A stretch of DNA of 63,808 nucleotides, filler included, from Octopus bimaculoides (Eukaryota), in assembly GCF_001194135.2 (NCBI RefSeq). It is 6 parts of 6 records of this genome, joined end to end, with 100 filler letters (N's around TTAATTAATTAA, not from the genome) between each part and the next. Parts side by side here need not be neighbours in the genome. Positions count along the whole stretch, not along the records: positions 51,693 to 63,808 come from NC_068995.1; 5 more parts are not named here. One strand, given 5' to 3'. A model generated the notes under the pieces. It had not been told where the DNA came from and did no database searches. It saw only the letters and a list, made by a program, of their open reading frames with translations. The translations under genes were made by a program, and so were the position numbers. This document shows, one piece after another, positions 51,770 to 63,808 of the stretch (its first letter is position 1; each line of letters begins with the position of its first letter).

Positions 51770-53390
51770 ACTTTTAATTTACTTATGTTTTGACACAATG
51801 CAAAACCAAATATATGGCACTCTAGTCATAACACCAACTTGAACTTCTAACTTGTTATCTCTTGAGGTCTCTGGGTGAGACTTGGAGTCAATTTGTACAA
51901 ACACAAAGCAAAAGCCAAACATAATAATAATAATTGGAAATGGTAAGACTGTATGGAATGCGAGAGGGTAATGTAAAAGTGATACCAGTGGTGATCGGAG
52001 CGTTGGACTCAATCCCATAGAAACTTCAAAACTTCTTTAGGCAACTGGAAATCCCATGCAAGATTGATATCTTGCAAAAAGCAGCCTTATTGGGCACAGC
52101 GCACATCTTAAGGAAAGAATTATCTATTTGAGGTCCTTGTTGTGACTTGACAGATAACTAAAGACTCCGGTGCATTTTTACCTTCCCTGTGTTACGAAGG
52201 AATAATTAAATAGCTGAAGAAAGAGTATTTCCTAAAACTACAATCGGTATTGAACTCAAAGTTGACTGAATGGAATAAATTCCAAGTAGTAAATACAACG
52301 GGCGGTAACATCACTTAGATATAGAGATGGAATCATAAAGTGGCAAAAAAATGAATTGATGAGTATGGATACGAGGATAGGGAAACTATTGAAATTGCAC
52401 GGAGCATTCCATCTCAAGAGTGACACTGGTCGGTTGTGATTGTCCAGAATAAAAGGGCGGGAGACGTTTGATCAGTTGTCAAGAAATTATATTGAATCAA
52501 AGAAAGACAGTTTAGGGTGGTATGTAAAAAATGCTTCGGAACCATTGTTGATTGATGTGAAGAAGTCCAGCAACTTAAAACTAATAACTGTGTAACGAAA
52601 GAAAAATTTAATAAGGAAAAGAACACAGAAAAAAATGGCATTGAAAGTAAAAAAAAATGTACGGTCAGTTTGCCAGAAATAAGAGCGCAAATATAAATAA
52701 CCGATGGTTATGAATGCGGAAGAGTGACTTGAAGATAGAAACAGAGGCACTTATATGCGCGGCACAAAAACAAGCTTTGAGGACAACTTATGTGAAGTGC
52801 AGAATTTATAATACAACTGTGAGTGACAAATGCGGAATGTGTGGTGAGAAGGGTAAAACAGTGTGGCTCATTTTTAGTGCAACCACATGACAATGTGACT
52901 AGAGTGATCCATTAGGAGTTCTGTGAAAGTTATGGACTAGAAAGATCAAAGATGTGGTATGACCAAATCCCGGGAGTTACTGAGAAAAAGGATTACAAAA
53001 TCCTGTGGGATGCAACTATTCAGTGTGACCACCTGATTAAATGTCTGGTGACGTTGTTGTGGTAAACAGAAAAGAAAAGAAATAAACGTGCCTGGTAATC
53101 GACATAGCATGTCCTGGTGACAACATGATTGAAGAGAAAAGAAGAAAAGGTGAACAACTATGATGAATTGAAGTGGGGAAATACGCAGGTTGAGGGCAAT
53201 GAAGAAAGTAGACGTGATGACAATAGTAATTGTTGCGTCTTGGAGGTATCAGTACCCAACTCCCAACGTGACTCAAAATGGATTGGAACGAATGTAAAGA
53301 TAGAACACCTCCAAAAAATCATCATCGATTGGAACTGTAAGAGTTCTTCAGAAGGTTTTTGAAGCATGATCACACCCAGCAAAATAAAGT
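51770..53390 (+). mobile_element. Stacked R4/Dong-like RLE LINE fragments
   Basis: VKVIPVVIGAL...ILQKAALLGTAHILRK at 51900-52130; CGMCGEKGKTV...HDNV...KILWDATIQCDH at 52830-53040; followed by (TAA)n. Confidence 0.85.
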
Positions 53391-53392
53391 TG

Positions 53393-53456
<64 letters not shown>

Positions 53457-53458
53457 TA

Positions 53459-53796
53459 AGTGGGGGAGCATCATAGCCATGTGCTGAGAGGAATTCTTTG
53501 GGCTTTGAAGAATTTACCTTTGGAAACATGGGTGTTTGGCTCAATATCCTTAAACGAACCTTATTCAGGGACCTTTTGAGTGGGATGGCCTACTCGACCT
53601 GAAGAAAATTCTAACTGGGCCCCACCTGCGAGGTCATGCCCTGTTTATCTTGATATGAGATCACCATGTCGCGCACGTATGGTTGTGATGCATGTGCCTG
53701 ATGTACCCTTATCAGACGGGTAGTTATGATGGGTATAATGGGCTTCGTATATTTTACCCCAGTGTCACTTTGATCGCATGCACTGCTCTCTCACTC

Positions 53797-53842
<46 letters not shown>

Positions 53843-54150
53843 NNNNNNNNNNNNNNNNNNNNNNNNNNNNNNNNNNNNNNNNNNNNNNNNNNNNNNNNNN
53901 NNNNNNNNNNNNNNNNNNNNNNNNNNNNNGGTATAATAAAAAAAATATTCAGACAAATACATAACAAAAACACCAGGACTTACAAATATATATAACATAC
54001 AGAAAATTGCACTACTGGGCACTGCACACATCCTACGCAAAACACTTTCAATACAGTAACCATATGAACATCACAGCAAACCACAGCACATACCCAAGGC
54101 ACACAGAGCTGCGCTCGGTAGTGAAGTGAAAGCACGTTAGAAAAATAAAA
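53459..54150 (+). mobile_element. Short Dong-like 3' ends between (TAA)n tracts
   Basis: 53930-54150 matches the 3' end at 61160-61365; 53459-53797 is a distinct UTR-like unit ending in (TAA)n. Confidence 0.65.
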
Positions 54151-54172
54151 CTACTGAATAATAATGATGATG

Positions 54173-54240
<68 letters not shown>

Positions 54241-54690
54241 TTCACTTATTTCGCACCAGAGCGAAGCATGAGGGTGACAATACAAAGACAGACATAAAGT
54301 GTGAAGGTTTACATATAATGAAATGATGAAATAATTATTAAGAAAAAAAAAAACAGAAAGTGTAAGTATACGCGGTATACAATGAAAAGGAAAAGATGTA
54401 TACATAATAGACAAAGGTTTTAAAAAAGTGGGGAAGAGGATGTTAGAGATGTAGCCCTCCTGATACCGGATGCCCTCTAGGGATCAACGAGGAATCCCAC
54501 TGTCCGAGATTTCCCTGAACACCAAGTGCAAGTACGCTCTCCAATTCCTTTTCTTCGACTCACAGGTCTACACTTAGAGAGGTACCAGCCACTCTCGCCA
54601 TTTTCGAAGCTTTCACCCACCTGTAGTGGATTTCTTTGCCCGAAGTGTCCGGAAGACACTCGGCAAGAAATGGAAACAAAATTGAAAGAA
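54241..54690 (-). mobile_element. Tx1/L1-like LINE 3' end
   Basis: Minus strand reads ...YRWVKASKMARVAGTSLSVDL*, then a T-rich UTR; flanked by (ATT)n on both sides. Confidence 0.5.
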
Positions 54691-54696
54691 GAGGAT

Positions 54697-54769
<73 letters not shown>

Positions 54770-54770
<1 letters not shown>

Positions 54771-54875
54771 CTATAAGAGCATCACAGCAAACCACAGCAC
54801 ATACCCAAGGCACACAGAGCTGCGCTCGGTAGTGAAGTGAAAGCACGTTATAAAAATAAAACTACTGAACAATAA
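54770..54875 (+). mobile_element. Very short Dong-like 3' end
   Basis: ATAAGAGCATCACAGCAAACCACAGC...GTGAAAGCACGTTATAAAAATAAAACTACTGAA matches 54060-54160. Confidence 0.8.
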
Positions 54876-55745
54876 TAATAATTATAATAATAACAGTAAC
54901 TGTAATTGCCCATATTGTAAATGAATATCGTAGACTTGCCCAAAATCAACATAAGTTGTGGTAACATGATGAAGTAACAAAAATCTGTATTGGAAACTGT
55001 GTGAAAAGAGTGGGTTAGAACGAAGTAAGACACGGTACGACCGCAAACCGGAGAGGTGATTGAGTTGGAAACTTAGAAAATCCTGTAAGATTTCCTAATT
55101 CAATTGTACCATGTGCATGAACACAACTAACCGTTCCTAGTGTATATAATAGTAAAAAAAAAAAAAAAATTTATTCCAAGAAAGAAAATTTCGCCCATGG
55201 CAGAGAAGGCTGCTAAGCGCCATTCATGGAAATTCCACAAAAATTCAACACTCATGACAATCAAAGACAAGTTTTCGCATTTCGTTCGCTGTTTCTCGGT
55301 GTATAAGAGCATACTCAGAGTAGGCTCACTTACTCATACACGTTCGTTACTCTTACTCTACTTTCAACAAATTTACAGAGTGGGAGCATCTCCTTTTCTG
55401 TCCTGACCTTCCTTAAAAAGGTAATGAAAACCTGGTCGAAAAGGAAAGAACAATCAAAGCCAAATCATTCATAACAACCCTGCTTTTTCCTATGAACCAG
55501 GAATATGTTATTCAAAGTGGTTGCTTTTGGATATATTGAGGGAGGTTTGGTTGTTATATCTGTTTCTTACTAGAAATAGAAATAGCTACCAAACTTTGGT
55601 TGTTAGACTTCTAGTAAGTAGTAGAAGCTGTCTCGATGCCGCTTCCAAAATTAGCTAAAGAAAAAACATTCAACGAAATTAATTCTCGTATTTGACTGCT
55701 ACTTTATTTTTGTTGCCCTTGGAAAGACAAGCAGCAAGATTCGGC

Positions 55746-55893
55746 CACGGTAACTGAGTGCTACATTAAGATTCGATCGCGATCTTCATTAAGACTCGAT
55801 CACGGTAACTGAGTACTACATTATAATCTCTTCATTAAGATTCGATCACGGTAACTGAGTGCTACATTATAATCTCTCCATTATCAAGTCGAT
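55746..55893. repeat. Three-unit minisatellite (46-55 bp)
   Basis: CACGGTAACTGAGT(G/A)CTACATTA at 55746, 55801 and 55847. Confidence 0.9.
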
Positions 55894-56002
55894 ATGAAGA
55901 GTACGCATACATTAACCTCGTTATTAGTATGCTACTAATTAATATTCAAATCTTAGATAGGAAATATAATTGTAATTGTACTACTAAAAAATACGATATA
56001 AC

Positions 56003-56370
56003 TAAGATGGCAAACTGGCAGAATCGTCAGCACGCCAGGCGAAATGCTTAGCAGTATTTCGTCTGCCGCTACATTCTGAGTTCAAATTCCACCGAAGTCG
56101 ACTTTGCCTTTCATCCTTTCGGGATCGATTAAATAAGTACAAGTTACGCACTGGGATCGATATAATCGACTTAATCCGTTTGTCTGTCCTTGCCTGTCCC
56201 CTCTGTGTGTAGCTCCTTGTGAGCAGTAAAGAAATAAGTATCGTTAGCACGTCGGGCAAAAATACCTAGCAGTATTTCGTCCGCCTTAACGTTCTGAGTT
56301 CAGATTCTGCTGAGGTTAACTTTCCCTCTCTCCTTAAAACTCCTGGCCCCGTGCTAAAATTTGAACCCAT
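56003..56370 (+). mobile_element. tRNA-derived SINE plus a second partial copy
   Basis: AAGATGGCAAACTGGCAGAATCGTCAGCACGCC...CTGAGTTCAAATTCC; partial copy from about 56240. Confidence 0.85.
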
Positions 56371-57623
56371 TATTTAGAACATGATTTTCATGAAATTCAT
56401 TTCACCGCAGAAAGAGATACGTTTAGAATATCGCTATTTGGTTTATTGACAATTTACTATTCTTTAAATGAAATCGTATGAAGGACATTTCTCAAATAAT
56501 TACACCGTATATATTACGATTTAATAGAATATTATCCGTGTAGAAGTGAGAAATTTACGGCACTAAGTCATTGTAAAACATTGATAGAATATTACAGTAA
56601 TAATATATTACAAAACTGAACTTTTAGTCCCGCTTAAAATATATTAACTTCACCAGATTCTACGTGTTTGTACAGTTTGTTGCTGTTGTTTAAACCCAAA
56701 TAAGATATGGTGAAACTTACCCGACTGACATAATGAATCTAGGAATACATTAGCCAACGTGTCCTTTATTTCGTTAAGGATTGAATAGTGTTGTTGTTTG
56801 ACCACCGATCAGACCTGATCAAGAAGACCAGTGAGCGATCAAATCTGTTCAGGTTACGATTACTTAATCTTTTTCTTTTCAGGCACAACATTATCTAAGG
56901 GTTACATTAGCCTAGACTACAGAAAGTCTTAGCAAAGCAACTGACCAGGCCGAAGCTATTCTTCTATTTGACTGTCTCAAGGAGTGAGAGTCAGGTTTGG
57001 AAACTACAATGTGTGTGTGTATATATGTCATAGCTAATCTCTAGATACATCTAAACGGTGAAGAATAATTTACAACGAATTAATATAAAAAAAAAGAAAA
57101 TGGTAGACTGACCTTGCACTGTTGGTGCCAAAAGAATATGGCTGAAAAATATTGCAGTTACGATAAATATATTTTCTAATCGATGCATTTTTTTTTTTTT
57201 TTTAATATTATTCAATCTTGTTTCGTTTTCGTTTGACCTTTGGTATTTTCGCGCATCAATTCTTTGTTTCTTGCTTTCTGCTTTTTCTTGCTTTCCTTCT
57301 TTTTTTCTTCNNNNNNNNNNNNNNNNNNNNNNNNNNNNNNNNNNNNNNNNNNNNNNNNNNNNNNNNNNNNNNNNNNNNNNNNNNNNNNNNNNNNNNNNNN
57401 NNNNNNNNNNNNNNNNNNNNNNNNNNNNNNNNNNNNNNNNNNNNNNNNNNNNNNNNNNNNNNNNNNNNNNNNNNNNNNNNNNNNNNNNNNNNNNNNNNNN
57501 NNNNNNNNNNNNNNNNNNNNNNNNNNNNNNNNNNNNNNNNNNNNNNNNNNNNNNNNNNNNNNNNNNNNNNNNNNNNNNNNNNNNNNNNNNNNNNNNNNNN
57601 NNNNNNNNNNNNNNNNNNNNNNN

Positions 57624-57666
<43 letters not shown>

Positions 57667-57911
57667 GTGTTATATATTATATATGGGAGTGCGAGTACTG
57701 TGGTATTGTGTCTTATATAAATATATGTTATAAAAGTATGTTATGTAAATATTATATAAAATGATAAAGATGCTTCACAAGGAAGATACGGCGAATTCTG
57801 TCCAAGACTTGATGTTAGACGTATTCTCCAGACGACTGGGAAATAAGTATTGAGATGTTGACAACTTCTGGCACGATACGCTGTGTATGACCAGCTGAAC
57901 ACTTTTACGTG

Positions 57912-57954
<43 letters not shown>

Positions 57955-58001
57955 TACATACATACATACATACATACATACATACATACATGCATACATA
58001 C

Positions 58002-58033
<32 letters not shown>

Positions 58034-58144
58034 GTATATTTGTATGTGTGTATATGTCTCGGTAGGTGTGTGTTGTATGTTAATGAGTGAATGTATCAAT
58101 TACAAGTGAAGCATAACAACAACAACAACAACAACAACAATAAA

Positions 58145-58195
<51 letters not shown>

Positions 58196-58462
58196 CCAAA
58201 ACGTGTTGCGTGTCTGACGTTAGAAATTCTCAGACGTTCTGACGTGTTTGATTGGTGTATTATTGGTTTCTTTTCAATGTTTTTTGTTGTTTTTTTTTGT
58301 TTGTTTGTTTGTTTGTTTTTTTTGTTATTTTACTCGTAGTTACATGCTGCTGCTGCTGTTATTGTTGTTGCTGCTGCTACTGCTGCTACTGCTGCTACCG
58401 CTGTCGTTGCCATTATTGTTGTCACAACAATGGTTTTTATTTTGTATTCACAGTTCCTTGCT

Positions 58463-58514
<52 letters not shown>

Positions 58515-58527
58515 CAGCAGCAGCAGC

Positions 58528-58596
<69 letters not shown>

Positions 58597-58699
58597 TGCT
58601 GTTGTTATTTCCTTAATCTCTCGGTTTCCTTTTCTTAGAAAAGAAAAAAAAAAAGAAAAATATCATGTTTGTTGTTTCGTTTGATGACAAAACCATTAA

Positions 58700-58810
58700 G
58701 TAAAAAAAAACAGGCGGGTACCCGCCAAAATGTCACCCGTTCAGACATTCATTCAGCCAATCAGCTCTTGAGATATAGCGTCAGTTCGTTGCTAAGTAAC
58801 TATTTATTAT
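58700..58810. promoter_or_regulatory. Promoter-like motif cluster (palindrome, CCAAT, X-box)
   Basis: GGCGGGTACCCGCC 58713-58726, AGCCAATCAG 58755-58764, GTTGCTAAGTAAC 58788-58800. Confidence 0.45.
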
Positions 58811-59315
58811 CTCATTCATTCATGGCCATCATTTTCTACGATGTAAACAAAGAAAGGATTGCTACTACGCTGCATTTCGTGAAGAACGGGGGCGTAGTAG
58901 AGTAAATTACAGTTGAGTCAAGTGATGCTAGGTTTCGCTTGATGGGAGGGGTTTCAAATTAAATACGCCCAACCATATTTCTTTTTTAAATAATTGACCA
59001 TATCCTATCATGCTATGGCTTGTTCTTCTGGCACCGCCCACTTGTTTAAGAATGATAAACATCCGTATACACATGGACTATAAAATTATACTTTCAACTG
59101 GAAACGGACACAAGGATACACACGTACACATTTGCGTGCACAGAATGCGGCAGAAAAAGCTCCCATATTTTACTGAACCAGTAAATACTGCCGCCCGCTG
59201 TATATACTTCCATACATGTACGCACCCATTCATTCGTCCATATATATTCATTCATTCTTATATAAATACATTCAAAAACAAATGCATATGCACGCATACA
59301 TATAGTCATACAAAA

Positions 59316-59359
<44 letters not shown>

Positions 59360-59932
59360 GTACTTATTTGGAAATGGATGTGTTGCGTTCAATTAAATAA
59401 TAAATAATAAATGAAATATATCTGTTTACTTGTCCTGTTTTCCATTTTTTTTATCTCGTTGTTTACGTATTTCACTCGTTTTTCCCTCGTTTGTTTACGT
59501 GTTTCGTATTATTTACACCGTTGGTAACATATATACGTATATATCATATATATAAGTAGTACTATATATATTATATATATTATATATAAAAATATATAGT
59601 ACTATAAATACTCGGGTCAGATGTGTTGCTGTCCATTCACATGTATATAATCCCCCAATACACGCAGATACACAGGCATATAGATAGATAAAAAGAAAGA
59701 GACAATGCCATACACATATACGCACACACACATTCAAACGTAGAATTGTATCAAACTATACGCTATAGGAGTGATCAATAGACATTGTTGAATAAATGGT
59801 ATATGGAAACTGAGTTTCTCGCTTGCAAGTAGAGTTTCGAGCGGAATCCTACTATAAACTTCAGTTCTCGTCTGAAGATTACTATGCTGTGAAATGTAAG
59901 TTACAAGAGAAAATTCAGAATCAATGAACTAC

Positions 59933-60004
<72 letters not shown>

Positions 60005-60005
<1 letters not shown>

Positions 60006-60029
60006 TATATATATATATAAAACTGAGAA

Positions 60030-60060
<31 letters not shown>

Positions 60061-60108
60061 CTGTCTGTCTGTGCCTGTGCATCACAAAAACTCGAGAACT
60101 ACCCAACC
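60005..60108 (+). mobile_element. Helitron-like 5' fragment
   Basis: Matches 29124-29205 up to CAACCAAT. Confidence 0.45.
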
Positions 60109-60166
60109 AATGGCTTCTGGATTAAAATCAGAAACAGAAGGGTTTATCATAGCAGCCCCAACAGCC

Positions 60167-60189
<23 letters not shown>

Positions 60190-60205
<16 letters not shown>

Positions 60206-61365
60206 CTGACATAAAAAGGTTATATATAAAACGTATAGAAGCTGTTAGGGGCCTTATACAGCTAGAAAACTATTACAAAATAACCACCATAGGACTGCAA
60301 AACTACCTACTTCAGAAGCAAGGAAAACCAATACAAATAGCCACAAAACACGAACAAAACAAAAAACTGTTTCCATTTAAGGAAGCTGACAAATACAAAC
60401 AAGAAGTCATACTACCTAACAACTATGAAGAAAAAGAAGAAGCAAAAAAAGCTGTAAAACAAATGAAATCCAAGCTAAAATTAGAACAGCAACGGACCAT
60501 GATAAAACGATGGCAAGAAAAGCCCTTTCATGGTAAATACTGGGCTAAACTAAATGCAATAGTAACAAACAAAGCAAAATCCCAGCAATGGTTGAGAAGC
60601 TCAGGACTCAAACCACAGACTGAAGGATTTTTAATTACTGCATATGACCAAAGCCTCCTCACCAGAAATTATCAAAAAAACATATAATGAAAAGAAACAG
60701 AACAAGTAACTGCAGAATATGTAGAGATGGACAAGAAGCAATAAATCATATTGTCTCTGGCTGCCCAGTCCTGGCTAAGAAGGAATATATTCACAGACAC
60801 GACAAAGTTGGGACCTAAATACACTGGAAGCTATGCCAACACTATGGAATAACAACAGAAAAAAGATGATATAAGCACACGCCAGAAAAGGTCACAGAAA
60901 ATGAGAAAGCAACAATAGTATGGGATATGCCAATACACACAAATAGAGGAATTAAGGCCAATAGGTCAGATATAGTTGTCAGAGATCATAAAGAAAAACA
61001 TGTTATCTAATTGATGTATCAATACCAACAGATGACGTTTCTCAAAAAGAAATGGAGAAACTTTCAAAATACAAAGACCTGGAAATAGTTGTAACTTGAA
61101 TGTGGAGTCTAAAAACAGAAACATTTCCTATCATAGTAGGTGCATTAGGTACGATAAAATAATATTCAGACAAATACATAACAAGAACACCGGGACTAAT
61201 AAATATATATAACATACAGAAAATAGCACTACTGGGCACTGCACATATCCTACGTAAAACACTTTTGATACAGTAACCATGAGCGCATCACAGCAGACTA
61301 CAGCACATACCCAAGGCACACAGTGCTGTGCTCGGTAGTGAAGTGAAAGCACGTTATAAAAATAA
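60190..61365 (+). mobile_element. 5'-truncated R4/Dong-like RLE LINE
   Basis: WQEKPFHGKY, QWLRSSGLKPQTEGF, CRICRDGQEAINHIVSGC (CCHC), HRHDKV, IVWDMPIHT, NRSDIVV (RLE), QKIALLGTAHILRK; starts right after (TAA)n. Confidence 0.9.
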
Positions 61366-61375
61366 GACAATTAAA

Positions 61376-61418
<43 letters not shown>

Positions 61419-61739
61419 NNNNNNNNNNGTAACTTGAATGTGGAGTCTAAAAACAGAAACATTTCCTATCATAGTAGGTGCATTAGGTACGATAAAATAA
61501 TATTCAGACAAATACATAACAAGAACACCGGGACTAATAAATATATATAACATACAGAAAATAGCACTACTGGGCACTGCACATATCCNNNNNNNNNNNN
61601 NNNNNNNNNNNNNNNNNNNNNNNNNNNNNNNNNNNNNNNNNNNNNNNNNNNNNNNNNNNNNNNNNNNNNNNNNNNNNNNNNNNNNNNNTATGTATGTATG
61701 TATGTATGTATGTATGCATGTATGTATGTATGTATACGG

Positions 61740-63570
61740 AGCTAATAATTCAGGAAATACCTACCAAAGGAAAACGAACGCCAGCGGAAATTGAGAAAAA
61801 TACTGGAGGTCTTTAAAGACACAGACGGAATAATTACACCTGCGAACAAAACCGGTAATCTTTATATTATAAACACCATACTATACAATAGTTTAATCCA
61901 AAAACAAATGATACCCATCTACACCTTAGCTAATATAAACAACAAAAGATTGAGAATAGTAAAAACTCTCGAGATACACATGAGGAACGAACCGTATGCC
62001 CCCCAATAAACCTTGAGTAAACCTTAAGGATCACAAATATAACTTCGATAGCGATTCTAAAGTAAGATGAATATGCCCATCAAAATCGAACATTGGACAT
62101 TACTTATGTAAAAGCATCATAGTTGAAATAATACCCGAACTAAAAACTAAGATTGGACTCTTGTTATGGTCGGACACTCAGGAGGTTGTATGATGGTTTA
62201 TGAAAACAGAAAAAACAAAAAAATCAAATTTATACAATTAGATATAGATAACTATTACTCCACAATTAATCCTATTGTACTAAATAAAGCACTTATATTC
62301 GCAATGAAAAACTCTACCTTATCTAAGTCGAATGTTGACATAATTTTAACAGCTCGTCATACCGTAATTAATTCCGATAACAAGCTATGGACAAGATCAG
62401 ATAGATCCAACTCTTTTGATATAACAATGGGATCTAGCGACTCAGTTCAGGTAACGGATATCGTTGGAATCTACCTCTTATTCCACATCAAATCTGAATT
62501 CCCACAAGTAATGGGGGTGGGGTCTATACAGGGACGATGCCCTTTTCCTAATGAAAATTGTACTAATGTAGAAATAAAAAGATACAGAAAATACTCCATA
62601 AATTATTTAGAAATTTCGGCCTTTCTATAACCATAAACTGTAAATACCGTAAGGTAAGATTCCTAGATGTGACCTTTAACTTAGAAACAGGCCTGTACGA
62701 ACCATGTCACAAGCCAAATAAGTGCCTAAGGTAAAGTCCAATCATCCAGCATCCATAACCAAATGAATAGTTGGGAATACAGCCACCAGAATATCAAGAT
62801 CATCAGCCACTGAGGAAATATTCAGCATACATGGGCCATACTACAATGAAGCACTAACTAGTGCTGGTTATAAAGAAAGAATCAGATTCGAACCTAACGA
62901 AACCCCAAATAAGGCTAACACTCTCACAACTAAGGTAAAATACACACAAAACACGCAAGACAGGAACAAACGAATAACAATAAAAACGCAAAAAACCCGA
63001 GAAACAATAGAAAGATAAGAGGAAAATAAACATGACTCAAAGGAATAGCAATGATAGGAAAACGGACACACAAAATGACAACAACACGCAAAATAAGATG
63101 AACAAACCAAGCGAAAGATACAAAATTCAGAAGTCTTATAGTATAATACAATTTTCGGCCTGCAAATATCATCTAAAATAGGAAAGCAATTCCTTACAGA
63201 ATTAAATAGGTGCTTCCCTAAGACACATAAATACCACAATATAGTCAACAACCGTGGAGTACTACATACATAAATACAACAATAGGAAAATAAACATGCG
63301 AACAATATCTGCTAACAACGAACAAACAGATCAAAACAACACAAGTTATAGGGCCAGTAAGAAAATAAACAGAGAGATCGCAAAAACTTAAATAACGTCC
63401 CCGACAATTGCAATAAGATTAAAACAAAATCGCGAAAGAGAATCAACAAAAATAAATATTCCACCAAGAACGCTTCAATCAAACAAGACAGTGCAAGAGC
63501 AAAATCAAAAAGTCATCAGACTGCACCTACTGCAAGAAATCCGCATGTCCGCTCATGAACCAATGTGTCC
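61740..63570 (+). mobile_element. Decayed Penelope-like element RT ORF
   Basis: ITPANKTGNLY, FIQLDIDNYYSTI, FDITMGSSD...IVGIYLL, GLYRDDA, FLDVTFNLETGLY, SNHPASI, SSKIGKQFL: PLE RT motifs with frameshifts. Confidence 0.9.
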
Positions 63571-63593
63571 CAAAAAAAAAAACATTAATATAT

Positions 63594-63765
63594 AGGCGCA
63601 GGAGTGGCTGTGTGGTAAGTAGCTTTCTTACCAACCACATGGTCCCGGGTTCAGTCCCACTGCGTAGCACCTTGGGCAAGTATCTTCTACTATAGCCTCG
63701 GGCTGACCAAAGCCTTGTGAGTGGATTTGGTAGACGGAAACTGAAAGAAGCCCGTCGTATATATG
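63594..63765 (+). mobile_element. tRNA-derived SINE 5' half
   Basis: AGGCGCAGGAGTGGCTGTGTGGTAAG...GGGTTCAGTCCC (A and B boxes), then a body ending in (TA)n. Confidence 0.85.
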
Positions 63766-63767
63766 TA

Positions 63768-63808
<41 letters not shown>

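Noticed and set aside
55746-55893. CRISPR-like repeat-spacer appearance
   Set aside because: The context is eukaryotic, the spacers are related to each other, and there are no cas genes.
61429-61588. Exact copy of about 61091-61250
   Set aside because: It appears identical and is bounded by gaps on both sides; most likely an assembly duplication.
63594-63670. tRNA-like A and B boxes (also other SINE heads)
   Set aside because: There is no complete cloverleaf, and each continues into a SINE body.

Overview
This is AT-rich, microsatellite-dense, gappy animal genomic DNA. The repeat families suggest a cephalopod, probably Octopus (inference). It is mostly transposon-derived: many RTE LINE fragments and 3' tails, R4/Dong-like RLE LINEs stacked in (TAA)n tracts, Penelope-like elements (PLEs), Tc1/mariner, hAT-MITE, Helitron-like and Chapaev3-like remnants, and tRNA-derived SINEs. 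Two diverged gag-like/ORF1 zinc-knuckle genes without any ORF2 lie at 0.3-1.2 kb and 35.5-36.7 kb. Three CpG-rich promoter-like islands (about 30 kb, 46-47.7 kb, 58.7 kb) and a few candidate exons suggest host genes that I could not identify. The best structural find is a 14-18.6 kb block of adjacent and nested fold-backs. Two of them carry a type I hammerhead-ribozyme motif in each arm, one family with an atypical helix II. A further minimal hammerhead-like motif lies at 31.6 kb. All identities and folds were judged by eye; nothing was computed or searched.
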